Assembly: GCA_024704765.1 (NCBI GenBank)
Contig: JAKMXF010000035.1
Span: 1 to 64,000 of the forward strand
DNA: 64,000 nt
DNA from: Oopsacas minuta
Lineage: Eukaryota; Animalia; Porifera
Direction of reading: 5' to 3'
A program made the position numbers and the translations under genes. Numbering within the stretch: position 1 is the stretch's first letter; every line of letters starts with the position of its first letter. Positions 21,901 to 36,900 of the stretch are shown in pieces. The notes beneath the pieces are model-generated. The model was not told the origin of the DNA. It saw only the letters and a program-made list of their open reading frames with translations, and made no database searches.

Positions 21901-24900
21901 ACAATTCCCCGAATATTTGAAGAACTGTAAATTAACTACTAATTTTGCATAGGTAATTTCTTGGGAAACATACATACATACATACATACATACATACATA
22001 CATACATACATACATACATACATACATACATACATACATACATACATACATACATACATACATACATGGGTAGGATATGTTCGTCTTTTTGGTTGGATAA
22101 ATCAATTACAAGAACTACTAATAATATTTACTATTCTGTAATACGAATACTGACTTAATCAGTAATTTCATATTTAATGAATTCTACAAATTTGCAATGT
22201 AACACTAAGTGGAATTTGAGAATTAATATGATTACAAAGAAATATTGAGTAAGGTTTTCTGTCTTACAATATGCAATATACACACAGAAGTTATAAAAGA
22301 AAGTGAAATACTAACAAAACATTCAAAAAATGCTCTCCAATATTATCTACGAATTACTATGATATCAGCTTTAACAGTATGTATCTTAATACTTGCTTGG
22401 TTGGTATACTTCATCATTTTATGCTATAGACATTATAAATACTATCTGATATGCAAACAAACTCCTAATCTACATCCTATATACTCGGATGTACAGGCTC
22501 TCTCCCAACAACGGAAACTATACAATCTTAAAACGCATATCACAAAATATGTGCTGAGTATAGTTTGCAGTTTTGTAGAAATTTTCAATTTCATTTGGCT
22601 ATTCATTTGGAAATTCTTAAAAACAGAAATTCCTAAATCAAACAATTCTACGTACGCAATAAGTTTCGAGACTTCTTTTCCAAATTGTACTCTTACACAT
22701 TTACATGTAGACATCTATTTTAATTATATATATATGGCAGATATAAATATTATTTGTTTACTGCTAACATTCTTTCTACTCTCAATCATTTCTCGTTATT
22801 TGGTTGTCAGATATCTGAACCATCCTCTTAAAAGAATTCTTACCAAATACACTATTTGGCTGGTTGTACAGCTAACTTGTGTAATAATCTGTTCTAGTAT
22901 ATATACGCTAATCATTGGATATTTACTATTTCCGGTTCTTATTGTCATAAGTTGGATCATATTCATCAGAGATAGTTTTATTCTCTCTCGCGTGATTAGA
23001 TCAAAAATCACAGAAATCAAGTTATTCAGCGATAATTCACATTTTTACAGAGATCAGTTAGCAACCTATAAGTTCTATATGATGTTTAGAATCCTGTTAT
23101 TCGTGTCAACATTTTTCTTATCAATCTCTATCTACATTCAATACTTATCACTCAAATTACTAGACGTGGTAACTCATCGATTCTGCTTCCTATCACTAGC
23201 ATACAATATCGATGTACCTAACTATCTATACTTCCATATCCGGGCACAGAACTGGGTTACTATCACTCTTCAAACTTTATGTTCGGTAACTTCATTAATA
23301 TACGTGCTGAGCTTAGCAGTACCATTATGTATCGTAACTATTGCTCCGATAGTACATCAGTGTATAAAGAGATGGAGAGATAACGGTTATGATTATGTGT
23401 ATAATTATGAGAAGCTCAATATAGTTAATGGATACAGGAGATGGTAAATAATAGTAATAATTATGCCAGAGTATAGCGTGTGTTTATTCGTATGTATTAT
23501 TTGGTGATATTAACTGCAAGGAATAATTTGCTTTAATTCCGCTTTAATATTAATTCAGGGCAGGATTCGGTTAATCGGTAACCTCTGCTACACCCAGTTA
23601 ACTGCTATGAGAAAATATGATCGATTGTTCCCGGGGTCTTAAGATGTACAAAATAATGTATAAACGCTTCTTATAGCAAGAGAGCTATGCAATCAGTAAA
23701 TCTTTGGTCCATAATCTCAAATATAAATACTTCTGTAAGATACCTTCGATAGTGGATAGGTATTTTCAATTTTGTCAAAAAACATCATTTATGTTATAGA
23801 CAACTAATCTCAGCGGTTAACCGGATGATCGCACCAACCCCAGTCCTGATGATTAATTACAGTGGATGCCGGGTATAAGAACATCGTCGGGAATTGCATA
23901 AAATGTTCATCGAATTCTACGTCCCTGAGTACCCTATTTAACAAGTGAAAGCTAATCTCTTGGATAATTTTGAATGTTCACCAAAAATGTGTGAAAATAT
24001 ACACATTAGAAATTTTTCAAATGTCAGGTGCACAACTAGATGTCACTACGAGTACACATGCCAAATTTGGTGTCTTAATCTCTAAAGGTATGAACAGCTG
24101 AGTGAAACATATATACATATGCTAAGTCAAGCATTGTATAACTGAGCCACTAAACTAATGTAATAGTATTAGTTGGGACAGTAAAAATGAACCTGGTTAA
24201 TACGAACTTCCAGATAAGACTAACAAATATTTACACAAAAACTCGTACCAGCAATGGTTGTTCAATTGGTGTTACCCTGATTAATACGAACTTTCAGATA
24301 AGGCGAACACGTTTTGACTGTCCACTGGGATTCGTATTAACGAGGTTCTACTGTAAGCCGATATAAACTGTACTTTTGTAATCAGTGTATTTCCAAATAA
24401 GTTACCTGTTGATTATCAGTACAAGGACAGAAATAAGTAGTAAGTGTATCATCAGTGATTATATCCTCTTCAGTGAAATTACAGCTACTTCGAGTATCTA
24501 TCCATATCTGATTATCAGGATTCCAGGCGATTAGTTCAGGTCGCTGTCCTTCAGCCAAAGAAAAGAATGATCTATCAACCACAATCCTCAAAGAGGAAGG
24601 AAGGTCTGCACCCCCGATAGGGCTCAGAAAGAATGCGGGGCCAAGAAAATCTTTGACACGAGAGTGCAGGAATCTATCAACCTGTCCTAGAGTACTAGGA
24701 TTAGCTATATACGGTACATATGGAGAATCCAAGAGGGTACTGATTATGTCATAATTTTCCATCATATCAGAGTATGTCAAATTTCCATAAACGAATCCTG
24801 CTTTATCTGTAATATCATCAGAGAAGTAAATATCAACACCAGTAGGGTAAAGTTGTGGTGGAATAAATCTATTAGTAGATCCTGATAGGTATATAGAGCC

Positions 24901-27900
24901 TGGAGCAAGAGACAATGAAAACTCGCTATCACCATTATACACAGAGTATTCATCATAACCCTCTCTATAGAATGTAACTGAGGTTGTACCAGCTGTAACA
25001 CACTCTGGCTGCAGAGCACATAGTACTAGAGTTTGATACAGTACTCTTCCCGGTTCTACTCGCATAATTAAATCTCCCTGTGTGTAAGTGTATTCAGTCC
25101 TATTAGCGAGCTGAGCTAGGTCAGTAATATTTGATACATAAAAGGAAGTGTTACCGATAACTGTTATGTCTTCTATGCGAATAGAAAAACTATTTAGGTA
25201 GTTGATCTCGAAAATTGGTAATATGTCATCTGTCCCAAACTTACTCCCAATCTCCCAGAACAGTGTCTGGTTGCGTATAACTGGATCTTCCTGATATTCA
25301 GCTCCATAAAATCCTGTCCATGAGAGTCCGAGAGAAGTTAAGCTAGCAGAAATAGAAGTATTCGGCATTTGTGTATCTATTTCTATTGAATTCATTGACT
25401 GTATCACTGATCTGGATACATCAGGCTCATTGTTCTGAATACTAACCCCACCGCTCTCTAAGATTGTAGTCAGACCAGCCCCATTCGTTGCTATGACAAC
25501 CACATAATATTTTAACTGAGGATTAAGAGAGAGACCTGTAATATTAACCAGAGCATCAGTGCCTACAGAGTTGTAGTCTAGAGAGTCTATATCATCTAAG
25601 TTATCTGTATAAGCTATCTGGTATCCGTATATATCACTTCCGGTATCTCTACACTCATACTGCACTGCTAGTGAAGTAATGCTGTATTGTAAAGTAGTAT
25701 TGCTTACGAAATCACTTCTGATATCCCTCTCTATATGCTGGATTAGTGTACAGTTTGGAGGTGTTGGGTCCAAATGGATTCCTCTTGAGTACCCATAAGC
25801 TACGTGCCCAGCTGCTGTATACCCTCTCACCGTCATATAGTACACGTATGGCACAAATGTGAGGTTGTGTAGATATAGTTCATCCTCTGGGATACCAGAT
25901 TCAGTGTAGTTGTAGGGAATACAAGTAACATTTGTTTGATTTAGCGGGTGAGTACACCCAGATAATAGCTCAAGTCCAGTAGCTTCAAAACTGATATAGT
26001 ATACTGTAGAATTACAAGAAGAATTACAGCTGGCCGGATCTTGACTACATTCTTGGTTACAAGGAATGCATGGTAGTTGAATAGGCTGATACTCTTGTCC
26101 TGCGGCAAGAGATACATCTGTCAAACCGTATCCACTACCTACTCCTACCTCAAACTTAATAAACGGAGCTCTTTCACTGTAGAAAGGACTGCCATACTTA
26201 CAAACTCTGTTACTATCAACTGGTAGAATAATCTCACTGAAGTAGGCAGTGGTTGTAGGAGGAAAGAAAGGGCTAGTGAATGGTTCAACTCTTCCGTTGT
26301 AATTACGTACATGCAACACGTACTTTAAGCTAGATCCAAATTGTGGTAGGTCTACTAGACTCCCTAGGAAATCATTATCTACATTAAGCTTTACAGACCA
26401 TGTAGCCTCCTTAACAGTTGTGGGAGTAACAGAATCTACCTTCTCAAGGGTAATATGGTATACATGGTAATCTGTAGACGGGTCAAAGTCTAATTCTATC
26501 CATATATGAGCTGTCTCTTCTATAGTATCACCTCTATACCATATCAGAGCCATAGCTGATGTAGAGTTAAAAGCAGGGTGTATCTGGAGGCCGAAGGCTT
26601 TGTATGGAGGGGGGTTAGGATTGGGGGGTGGTAGGTATTGACATGTAGTAGTAGGTTCTATAGCTTCAGATATAGTAGAGTTTATTTGTGTGTTATTATC
26701 TGAGGGAATAAGTATTTCATAGTCTTGTATCATCATGTCAGGTCCATCCCATACCAACACAGAGGTTACAGCTCGGTAGCCACCAGCTGCTTTGATACGT
26801 ACACTCATTTCATTGAAGTTTACAATTTGTACTTCAGTATAAACTGCAGCAGATAGCATACGATCTTGCTGGATATCTCTAGTCATAGAAATCTCTAGGA
26901 AAGCTTCATTACTATTAAACATAGCCTGCTTGTCTGTGTAAGCTAGAGTTATACCTGTGGGGTTATTAGGCCCTACAGGAATAGTGGGTGTTACATCCTG
27001 TGTAATAGTGTCCCAATCCTCTGAAGGAGAACTCACGTTATACATTCTATCCATACACACAGCATCATGAAGGTCTGTTACAAGCGCGAGTATACCCTGC
27101 ATACTTACAGTACTGCCTTGATAAGGAGGAGATGATGTCCAGTCTGAAGCATGCTTAACTACAGCCTCGTTAGGAATACTCATGTCTAGTTTAATAGGTT
27201 GTGACACAGCACATGATGTTAGCCCAGCTCTGTTGATGGCACGTAGCGCAACGAAGTAGAATTTATCAGGCAGAACATCGAGCACATAAAACGTATGATT
27301 AGTGACATTAGTGATTGTAGTTAGGCCAGTGAGTTCATCACAATTATCAAGATTACAGCCATCTTGCTCAACTAATTGAATTTGATAGTTTGAAATCGCA
27401 CTCTCTGGATCATAGAAGCCGACCCATGTAACATAGACTGTATTGTTTGTTGTTATATACGAGATCTGAGGCTGAGTTGAATCAGGTCGTAAGCTAGTAA
27501 CGTTATAACCTATATTAAACCAACCTAGTACAGGTGGGGTAATGTCTATAACAACTGGGTTGGACACTGCAGCCATACATCGGAATGAATCATCAATAAC
27601 TCGGATATAAGCATAGTATTTTGTATCACCTTGCAACTCTAATCCCGATACTACTACAGATGAAGTAGACCCTGTTCTAGTGTACTGTCTTACTGTGAAG
27701 ACTTCTCCGAGAGGATTAGCTGCATTCTCCAAGCTCTCACACGAGAAATTAGCTAAAGAATCGTTAGTACTGATAGCATATTCATATGATACGATTGGAA
27801 GCAGAGATGAGAAATCCATCCAGTTAATACCAAGATATGTCGTCACAGATTGGAATAGAGGAATACTCACAGAACCGGCTTGTATAATATTCTCAAATTC

Positions 27901-30900
27901 TATAGGCTCTATTCCATTAGAGGTTACAGTAGCAATTGAGAATGTCCCGCTTGTAGCTCTAACCGTGACGTAATATATAACATCTAATTCAAGAGTTAAA
28001 CCATCCATAGTGATAGATGTGTTAAGGTATACTGAGTGTAGAGCTACTACATTGAATCTGCCATCTCCAGTTGTTTCATTTCCTATTCCTAGTTCATATT
28101 GGATAACTTTCTCGGATAATCTTGTCGGATTTGTACCACCAAACGAATTCCAGTTTGCTATTATCGTTGTTAAGGAAGCTTGGTGATTGAAATCCACGCC
28201 AGGGTAGGGTCCGTCGTATACGATCCCGGGGATGAGAGGTTCGACCTGTACTGTGATACCATTTGACCTAGCAGATCGGATATACCCTAGAGGACTAGCA
28301 AAGTTGACTATGACGTATACTCTGCTTTCGTGTCCTAATGCAAGGTTATCATTAGATGAGTCTCTAGTAATTACTGTAGTATAATTCTGTATAAATGTCT
28401 GATTGAAATAGAATATAGCCCAACTATAGTTAACACCAGGACAATAATCATTAAAGTCCCAGGAAGCTTCTATATAGGAAGTTCCGCTTTGAGCCTCTAA
28501 ATCCTCAGAATTAGATCCGTCGTATACAATAGCAGTGATAGGATTATGCAGTGAAATGTATATTTCTTGTGAATTAGCAACCTGAAGCAGTCCTAATCTA
28601 TTAAATCCTCTTACAATAACGTAGATTGATGTGTAACGGGTAAGATCGAGGCCTTCTATATAGTATTCATCGACAAGACCGACATTTAGATAGTTCATGA
28701 TGTTAATCTGTCCACGGTTCTCTCCTAGACCTATTTCATAATATTCCATTGGAGTTTCGCCATCAATAAATTCTTCCCATTTTACTCTAATATTCGTAAT
28801 TATTGTTTTACACTGAGTAACAGCAGAATCGTTCATATAACTGAATGTTGTGTTCAGCTGTCCTGTTGGTAAGAAACTGGATATAGTTTGGTCGATCAAT
28901 ACACTTACAGATCCTGGTATTGGGGGAGTATTGTCAACTATCAGAGTAGCAAATGCGTAATTCGTTAACCCGACACTGTTAATGATCCTTAGTGTATATG
29001 TGAGTACTCCTTGGATTAGGGGTGTTGAGAAGTTTGTTATAGCAACACGGAGAGTACTACTTTCCAATAACTCTGAATAATATGTTTTATCAAGTTCACT
29101 ATTACCTAAATCCAGCTGATAGTTTACTATTTCACTGTACCTATCAAAAGCACCATGCCAGTTACAAGTTAGCGAGCCAGTTGAATTTAGAGCATAAGAA
29201 GTACAGGCGAATTCCAATAGCTGAATATTAGGGATACGCGTATCTATGGTGATACCTGGTGCTATAAGGAATGTGGATACTCCTGCTTTATTGAATGTAG
29301 TAATCTGGAGTATGTTAGGTTTTCCTGTCTGGATAGGATCAACAGCATTTGTACCCAGGCTCATTCTAGATGTTGTCCTCGGTGTCCTTATGTCGTCACT
29401 ATAAGGATACGAGCCGACTTTATATTGGAAGTGCTGTATACCACTCTGAGGATCAGTACCATTCCATTGTGCCACAAGCGTTGATGGGTTAAATTGATAT
29501 ATTCTAGCATCTGGTTCTGGATTTTCAAAAACTGTACCATTAGTCCTTAGCCCTAATCCTCTGAGGGATATTAGTGGAGCTGTCCAATCAACGATTATTA
29601 CTACAAAAATTAAAGTAAATATTATCTGACTTGAAATACATGACGTAGTCTGTCGTAGTTAGCTAATTCCTCAACTACTCGCGTATATATGATAGAATCG
29701 AATTTGAGTATTCAGTAAGGTTATGTAAACAAAATGACGTTGCCTAGCAGACTGAGATGGCGGTAGTTATGTAGTATTTGTAAATACCAATTACAATATG
29801 AAATATTTAGAACCTTCGTTTGTCTCACATTACAATCTCTCTGGTCATAAATTTTCAACAATACAAGTACAGTGCAGCCTCTATAAGTGGAGGAGTGGGG
29901 GATACTATAGAGGAAATTATGCCTCACACCATTAAAATTTACTTCTATAAGTGGAGAATTCTATGGAAATTTGAAAAACCACATATTAATCGCTATGATG
30001 AATATCAATCTTTGGGTTTCTCTGAAAAGAATTTCTATTACAAATTATTATATTCAATCAACAACTTTATGGCAAATTATACTAATCAAATATCGGTGAA
30101 AAGAGGGTCGTTAGAGCAAGTGGCTATACATATTGACTCAAATATCTCTCATTCAAGGACATTTACATTTGAAATTATGAATGGGGAGTGGGGTTATCAG
30201 GGGATTCGCCTGCCCGACGATCCCCACTTATAGAGGTTCTACTGTAGTAAATGTGGATTACACAATCTGTGATAAGAAATACAAAGAATTTAACGGACGG
30301 GGGATGAGAAACAATAAATTACTTTACGTAGCTAATACACATATTGAATTTACAATTGATAATTACATAGCTCCCAAGTTAGAGTTAGCCCAATGCGGAC
30401 ATATTATGGGACCCTTGAAATATCACAAACTTACCATGTCCGAAGCTATTAATAGTAGACTGTCGGTTATCAGTAGAGCAAGCAGTTACAGCTTTAACCT
30501 CCGTATAGATACTCTCCCCCAGTACCAGAGGTATCAGGGCCTGTGCTACACCAGCACCATCCTCTTCAGTAACAACGCCAGCAGTAGATGTCTCTTGTAT
30601 CTGATCCTCTGCAAATGTTGTACCAATTGACCATTCATAGTATTGTATACTACAGAGCTCGCTTGAGAATCCCTCAAACCTTAGAGTTATTGTATCTCTC
30701 TCTGGCTGGTAATTTCCACTGATGCCTACACCTGAGTGACCCACTGTTACTACTCCTGCTACGTTAGCACGTAGTACCTACAAGGAATGAAACGAGTTAT
30801 CTCAGTTGAATATCAGAAATATAGGAAATTACTAGCTATAGCGGGACACTTGGCAAGTATTGTATTCGATATTCCTAATATTTCAACCTTTTCAATCTCT

Positions 30901-33900
30901 ATATATAAACTAAAGCCTGTGTCTCTGGGCCGATTCGAACCAAATTTTGTGTGTCGACTAAGTAGTACTCAACATTTCCAAATCAGAATTATTATTCGAA
31001 TCGAACCAATTTTTGGACAAGATGTGTGAATTTCACACCTCGCCCATATAAATCAATGCATTTTCGGAGGACTCTGATTGGTCAACGTTGGCCAATCAGA
31101 TTCCTTCCTTTGTATAAGAGTTTTCAAATTAGGCATAAAGAAGTTTTCCGTTCCATCTAAACTATTACATACCGACGCGTGCCGTTCGCTAACTTCAAAA
31201 GACAATCGTGAGGGCCAAAGGCCCGAAAAAGCATTCCGCAGGAACTAGCAGAAAAGTCCTCCCAGAGTGCGGCGTTGCGGCTAGTATCTAATAAAAATCT
31301 TTCGATACTCATCGTATCGATTTCGGTATTTGTAAAACCTTGGTAGTACCTTTATCTTAGTTGATACACGACGATCTGACAATAGTCCAGCTCCGTTTTT
31401 AGCTCTCACGGTAACATAATAGTACTTCCCTGTATCCTCAAACAGCTGTAACTCTACTGGTATTATTACATTTATATCTGCAGAGTATAGCTGGTAGTCT
31501 AGTATATCAGTTCCCTCAGAAGATGTGCCTACTGCTGCCTCAAACCCAGCAATACCACTGTCGATATCAGTAGCCACCCATTGTACTGGAATACCATCTG
31601 AATTACCTATCTCCACCTATAGAATTAGTAATCAGTTATATTGTTGAATATTTTACATTATGGATATCATGGTTAATAGAAGGTTGGGTGAATTTAACAA
31701 ATTTTCCTCAATCAATTGGCTATGGGTCGATTTATGAGCCACTGACGGACCTGTAGTATAACAGTGGTACAGAATTGGAATCCGGTTCACTTTTCAGAAT
31801 CATACCAGACCCAAATCACCCAACCCGAATCGACCCTATCCGAAACTCGACCCGTTTCCAACTCTGCAGTAACACTGGCTTATGATTTTATTATTATAAA
31901 AAATTAACAAATTCAGATTTTACAACTTTTCTAATAACTACTATCAAAAATAATTTTCTGCAAGGAATAATCTCATAACGTCTCATATCGCAGAAAACAT
32001 TCATTTTCTCAACCAAGAAATTTTGAATTGTTTAATACAGTGGGAGTGGAATTTGTATATTCCCAAAGATCATATTATGCAGGTTACACTTCAATAAACT
32101 CACAGATCCATCCTCTGTCCTCTCCTCAGACTCATCACCATACGTATCAATTCTAACAAAATCAATTATCGGTGCTGTATTATCCGGTATAATACCAGTA
32201 GATGAATATGAAGTAGATAGATCTGCCCTGTTAACTGGTGTAATCCTAACTGTATACAGAGTACCAGAACTTAGCTGTAGTGTATCATCACTCCAGCATG
32301 TGAGTACTCCTGATTCTCCTATTGATTGAGGCTGTATTGTAATGTCTATTAATGGATCTTTTGGGTAGAATTTGGAAGTAGATCCTTGACTAGTTGCGAA
32401 TATTGTTAGTCTGTATTCTTTTATCCCAGATTCTGGATCAATCATTATCCATGAAGCAGATAGTTGAGTTATCGAAGTCTGAAATGACTCATCTACGAGA
32501 GGGCTAGGTCCGTCGTAGAGATGAATTACTCTCGGAGGCGTTGAGTCAATGAGGAATCCTAAAAAGTAATTATTTCAAGTCTAGCATAACTATTCTTTGA
32601 TAAATTTACAGTATTCGAACCTAGATACATCTAACTCAGCGGTTCCAACCTTTCTCAACGGTGGACCCCCTTTGCTAATTTAAATACATTCTGTTGACCC
32701 CAGGTTGGGAACCGCTGATAATTTAACTGAATAAGTTATTGGCAATGGCGGTCCCATGAGATTTTGCCCCGGATTTGAAAATCTTGGCCCCGTCCCGGCC
32801 CCGGTTTCGCCAGATCCTCAGACCACCACTGGCTATTATATAAAAGATTTGTACCGGATTTGAAATCTTGGCCCCAGCCTTGCCTCAGGCTATACAAATC
32901 CTGGGAGCGCCCCTGTATACAGGTGGGAAATATTCAAGTCCATTGAGATATGCAACTACTCCGCCAGTACAAAACCTTAGTAACTATTATTATTGAATGT
33001 TACATGTTTTCTCAGAAAAAACATTTAATTGTTGATAAAAGTGCAAACCACCGATTAGACTAGTCGCTTGGTCAGAAACAGAACCATACAAATATCGCTA
33101 AATTACTCCAGTAAATCTGGTCAAAATAGTTTGGTCGGATGTGACCCTATTAAATGAATTAAACACTAATTATGAGTAAATGAATACTCCTTAACATACC
33201 ATGACTGCTTGCATCAGTTGTCGAGTAGCTCCATCTATACCAGTGATTGTAGTTCTGATGTAATCTCCGTGAGAGAACTCAAATGTGTTCATATTTATTT
33301 GCTGCTTCAGGGCAACATTAGTTGATTCTGCTTCAACTCTGAATGTAACCTACAAATATAGTAAAGAAATTAATGGTGAAGATATAGTGATTATTTCTTG
33401 CCTATGTATTTGTCCAGATACTGAAATACGTAATGTAATTATTGACTGATTGTGATTTGGATATTTGGACATAGCAGCCACATAAAAGCAAAGCCAGCTG
33501 CTCAACACAGCGAGTGGTAGCCATTATTTCTCCGCCTACTGGCAACAAGCCTGTCTGTAATGGACAACCTCTCTATAATCTCCTCGGTGGCAGTTATAAA
33601 CAATGTGACTATAATATTATATTTCCCTATGTCAATGTGTGTTGTGTTATCCATGTTATACTCTACCTTACAGTGCGAACACGTTAATACGAACACTAAC
33701 GGAAAGTCAAAATGTGTTCGCTATATCTGGAGTAATACCAATTGAATAACCATTCTAGAAATCTAATATTGTATAAATATTTGTTCATCTTTTCCAGAAA
33801 TTTAAAAGTGTTCGTATTAACATGTCTCATTGTATACAAAATCAAACTTACATCAGCAGGTGGAGTAAATGGTGGTTCAATAGGAATAACAGAGTTGTTA

Positions 33901-36900
33901 GAAGCAGCAGGACAATTCTGATTAAGGTTAGGTTCTGCATCAGCAGGTAAATACTCCAATACATTAGCTTTGTATATAGTAGCATTGTATTGAGCTATGC
34001 CAGACTCTGGATCAGAGAAATTACCCCAGACAGCCTGCACTGTAGTTGCTATATAAGTGTAGTAAAGATTACTGTTAGGATCCAGACCGTCCTTAACAAA
34101 TCCTGCGATAGGGTTAGTCAGGTCTACAAGGACTCCGTTTGAGGAAGCAGATATATTTCTAGGATGATCTGTATCTGCGTTGAATGCTATTACTGTTGAG
34201 TAGTACGTTGTATTATGCTTTAGGTCAAGACCTGATCTACATATCTCATCCTGATCAGAGGGAAGATCTCCTGTGAAGGGGACAGTATTTGAGAGTCCAG
34301 GAGCTGTACCAGCACCCCAGCGGTACGCAGATATCCCGGATTGAGGGTCGACGAAGTTCCTCCACTTCGCACAGAGTACAGAGCCTGAAGCTTGATATTT
34401 CCAGTCTGTATTACCGGGACCATCTCCATCTAATACTACTCCAGGGATAGGAGGAGTACGGTCTACTATGATAGGACGTGGAGCGTAGGATGCGCTGCTG
34501 AGATCAACTAAGGAAGTCAGAACGTAAAGTATATGAAATTAACAATAAAGTCATGTAAAATAAATAAAGAATATATTGATAATCGATGTGGGCGAAGGAG
34601 GGGGTAATTAATATCAGATGACTATAGCAGTATTAGAAAAAAGCAATAATTCATGATCAAATACACAGCAATATGACTAACCTATAGTTATATTTAATAA
34701 TATTCTTGGGTTTGTCTAACGGGCGATGATCGTTCGGAACGATGAACACCAATTAGTATGAAAATATGCTATACAACATTATAAGGTCAGATTTTCAAAA
34801 AGTCCTGAAGTCACGTTTGTTATTCCACCAATACTATCAAAGGAGTTCATCGTTCGGAACGATCATCTCCCGTAGACAAACTTTAGATTATATTATCTTG
34901 TTTAATCAGTAAACAATTGACAAATAACCCTAAGTGATTGGACAGATGAGAGAAATGCTATTTACCTCACTTTGAGGAATTGAGAATTAATGGTATAGTG
35001 TAACCTTCACAAACCGAGCCTGTGAAAATGGAGTGGAAAATGCCAGGTGCACACTAGATGTCACTACGAGTACAGATGCCAAATTTGATGTCTTAATCAC
35101 GAAAGTGTGAACAGCAGAGCAAAAACATCCCGTTTGTAGATACTACACTGGATGTTTTAAGTAGGATAATGAGAATCTGTCTATCGTACACGCGGAATAT
35201 TGGTATTCAGTGAATTTCTATTGCAGATGATATAGTATAAAGAGCTCAGCCTTGTCAGCTCAGCTCGACTAGAGGATAGTTTACGACCTTATTAGTGGTA
35301 GATACAATGAAATCACAGAGAATTTCATGAATCAAGTTATGTCCTACCAAATTCATGTAGTTTACGATAAAGAAGTAAAGGCAGGATTGGCATTCGAACA
35401 GAGATCAGCAGATGAATAAAGTATGATCATACCAACTACACCATTGATACACTACGGTCATAAACAACTAAATGCGAAATAAAAACTCATGTCATCAGAA
35501 TCTAGTAAGAAAACACAAATCCACAATCAGCAGGCATGATCAATGAAGTCAAAACAAATTCAAATGAAGATGAAAGCAAAACAAAATACACAAACCCGAG
35601 AGGTAATGAAATTATACATTGCACTACACGTTCTGCTAATGGCATAAACGGTGCTCTAGTAGAGCAGAGCTGTACAAAGCTGAGTTCTAGTAGAGCTGAG
35701 CTGTAAAAAGCTGAGCTCTATACATATATTATTACTTTCTAGTGATAATTAACACATTCATTACCATGGTTAGTAGCTCTGATACGGATAAATGCTCTCG
35801 TCCCGTCTGGTACATCAATTTTGTGAGTGAGTGTTGCTGTACGGTTAATGAATATAGGAGTCCATGCTAGTACGGCTATGTCACTAATAGTTAGACCTGC
35901 TCCCAACTCTACTTGCTGTAGTCCAGATAAATCGTCCCTAGTAATAGGAAAGATGTCAAAATTGATATTAAATCCAGTCTCTGTTTATACTAAAAACTAT
36001 AATATATTTGGACTTTAGAAATCGCGTAATCGCGTATGCCTGTATGTTCAATAGGCTATATGGAACTGGAAGACAGCCAGGGCTGATTATTGGAACACAG
36101 GGGTATTTTGGGCCTGCCTCGGACAAGTTCGAGTTTTGGACCAAAATTCATACCTATGACGAAATATGACGCCATTGCCACATTTGGCTTTTAGAGAAAT
36201 CACATTATTAACCACTACACAGCCAATATACATAATAGAAGCTTGAAATTTGAATCATAGGTACCTCAATGTGACAAATTTCCTGACGTCATTATTTTGA
36301 CAAATGCAAACTCATCATGGAATTATTACGTCATCATGACTATAGAAAATAATCAAATTTTCCAAATTTCGAAACATTTGAAAACTTTATAATACTCGAG
36401 GCACGAATTGCGCCAGATTTCATCCCAAAGCGACGTAGAAGCTCCAGTAGTGTAACTGTAAAATTTACATTTTAGCAATTCTGTGAATTCGAGGCACATA
36501 GTGCCGATATATTCTATTGGGTAGCGACCAATAACACTATAACATTTGGCTGTTTAATTGATACTTAAGCTAACCTGGAGCACGATTCTGTCGCGCAGCG
36601 ACCTAGCAAGTGAATCGCGCTAGTGGATATGAATTCGAATAGCAAGTCAAAAGACATGATTAGATTTCAATATTCTACAATCCACTAATCAATCCCGTGT
36701 ATAGTATACACATTAATAATTATCAGTTTGATGTAAATCAGGTCTCGCTAAATGATAGTTATAGTGTAACAATAGCTAATGTTTGTAAGTAGAGTTGATT
36801 CGGTTTATTTGGTGCATTTTTCTACTAATAATTCAGACCATATCCTACTAACAAACGAGAAAATTCTGCTTTCGTTACGGCGGAATATGACAGTCCACAG

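Noticed and set aside
21871-22158. MYVC- and HTYI-repeat ORFs
   Set aside because: Translations of the (ACAT)25 microsatellite.
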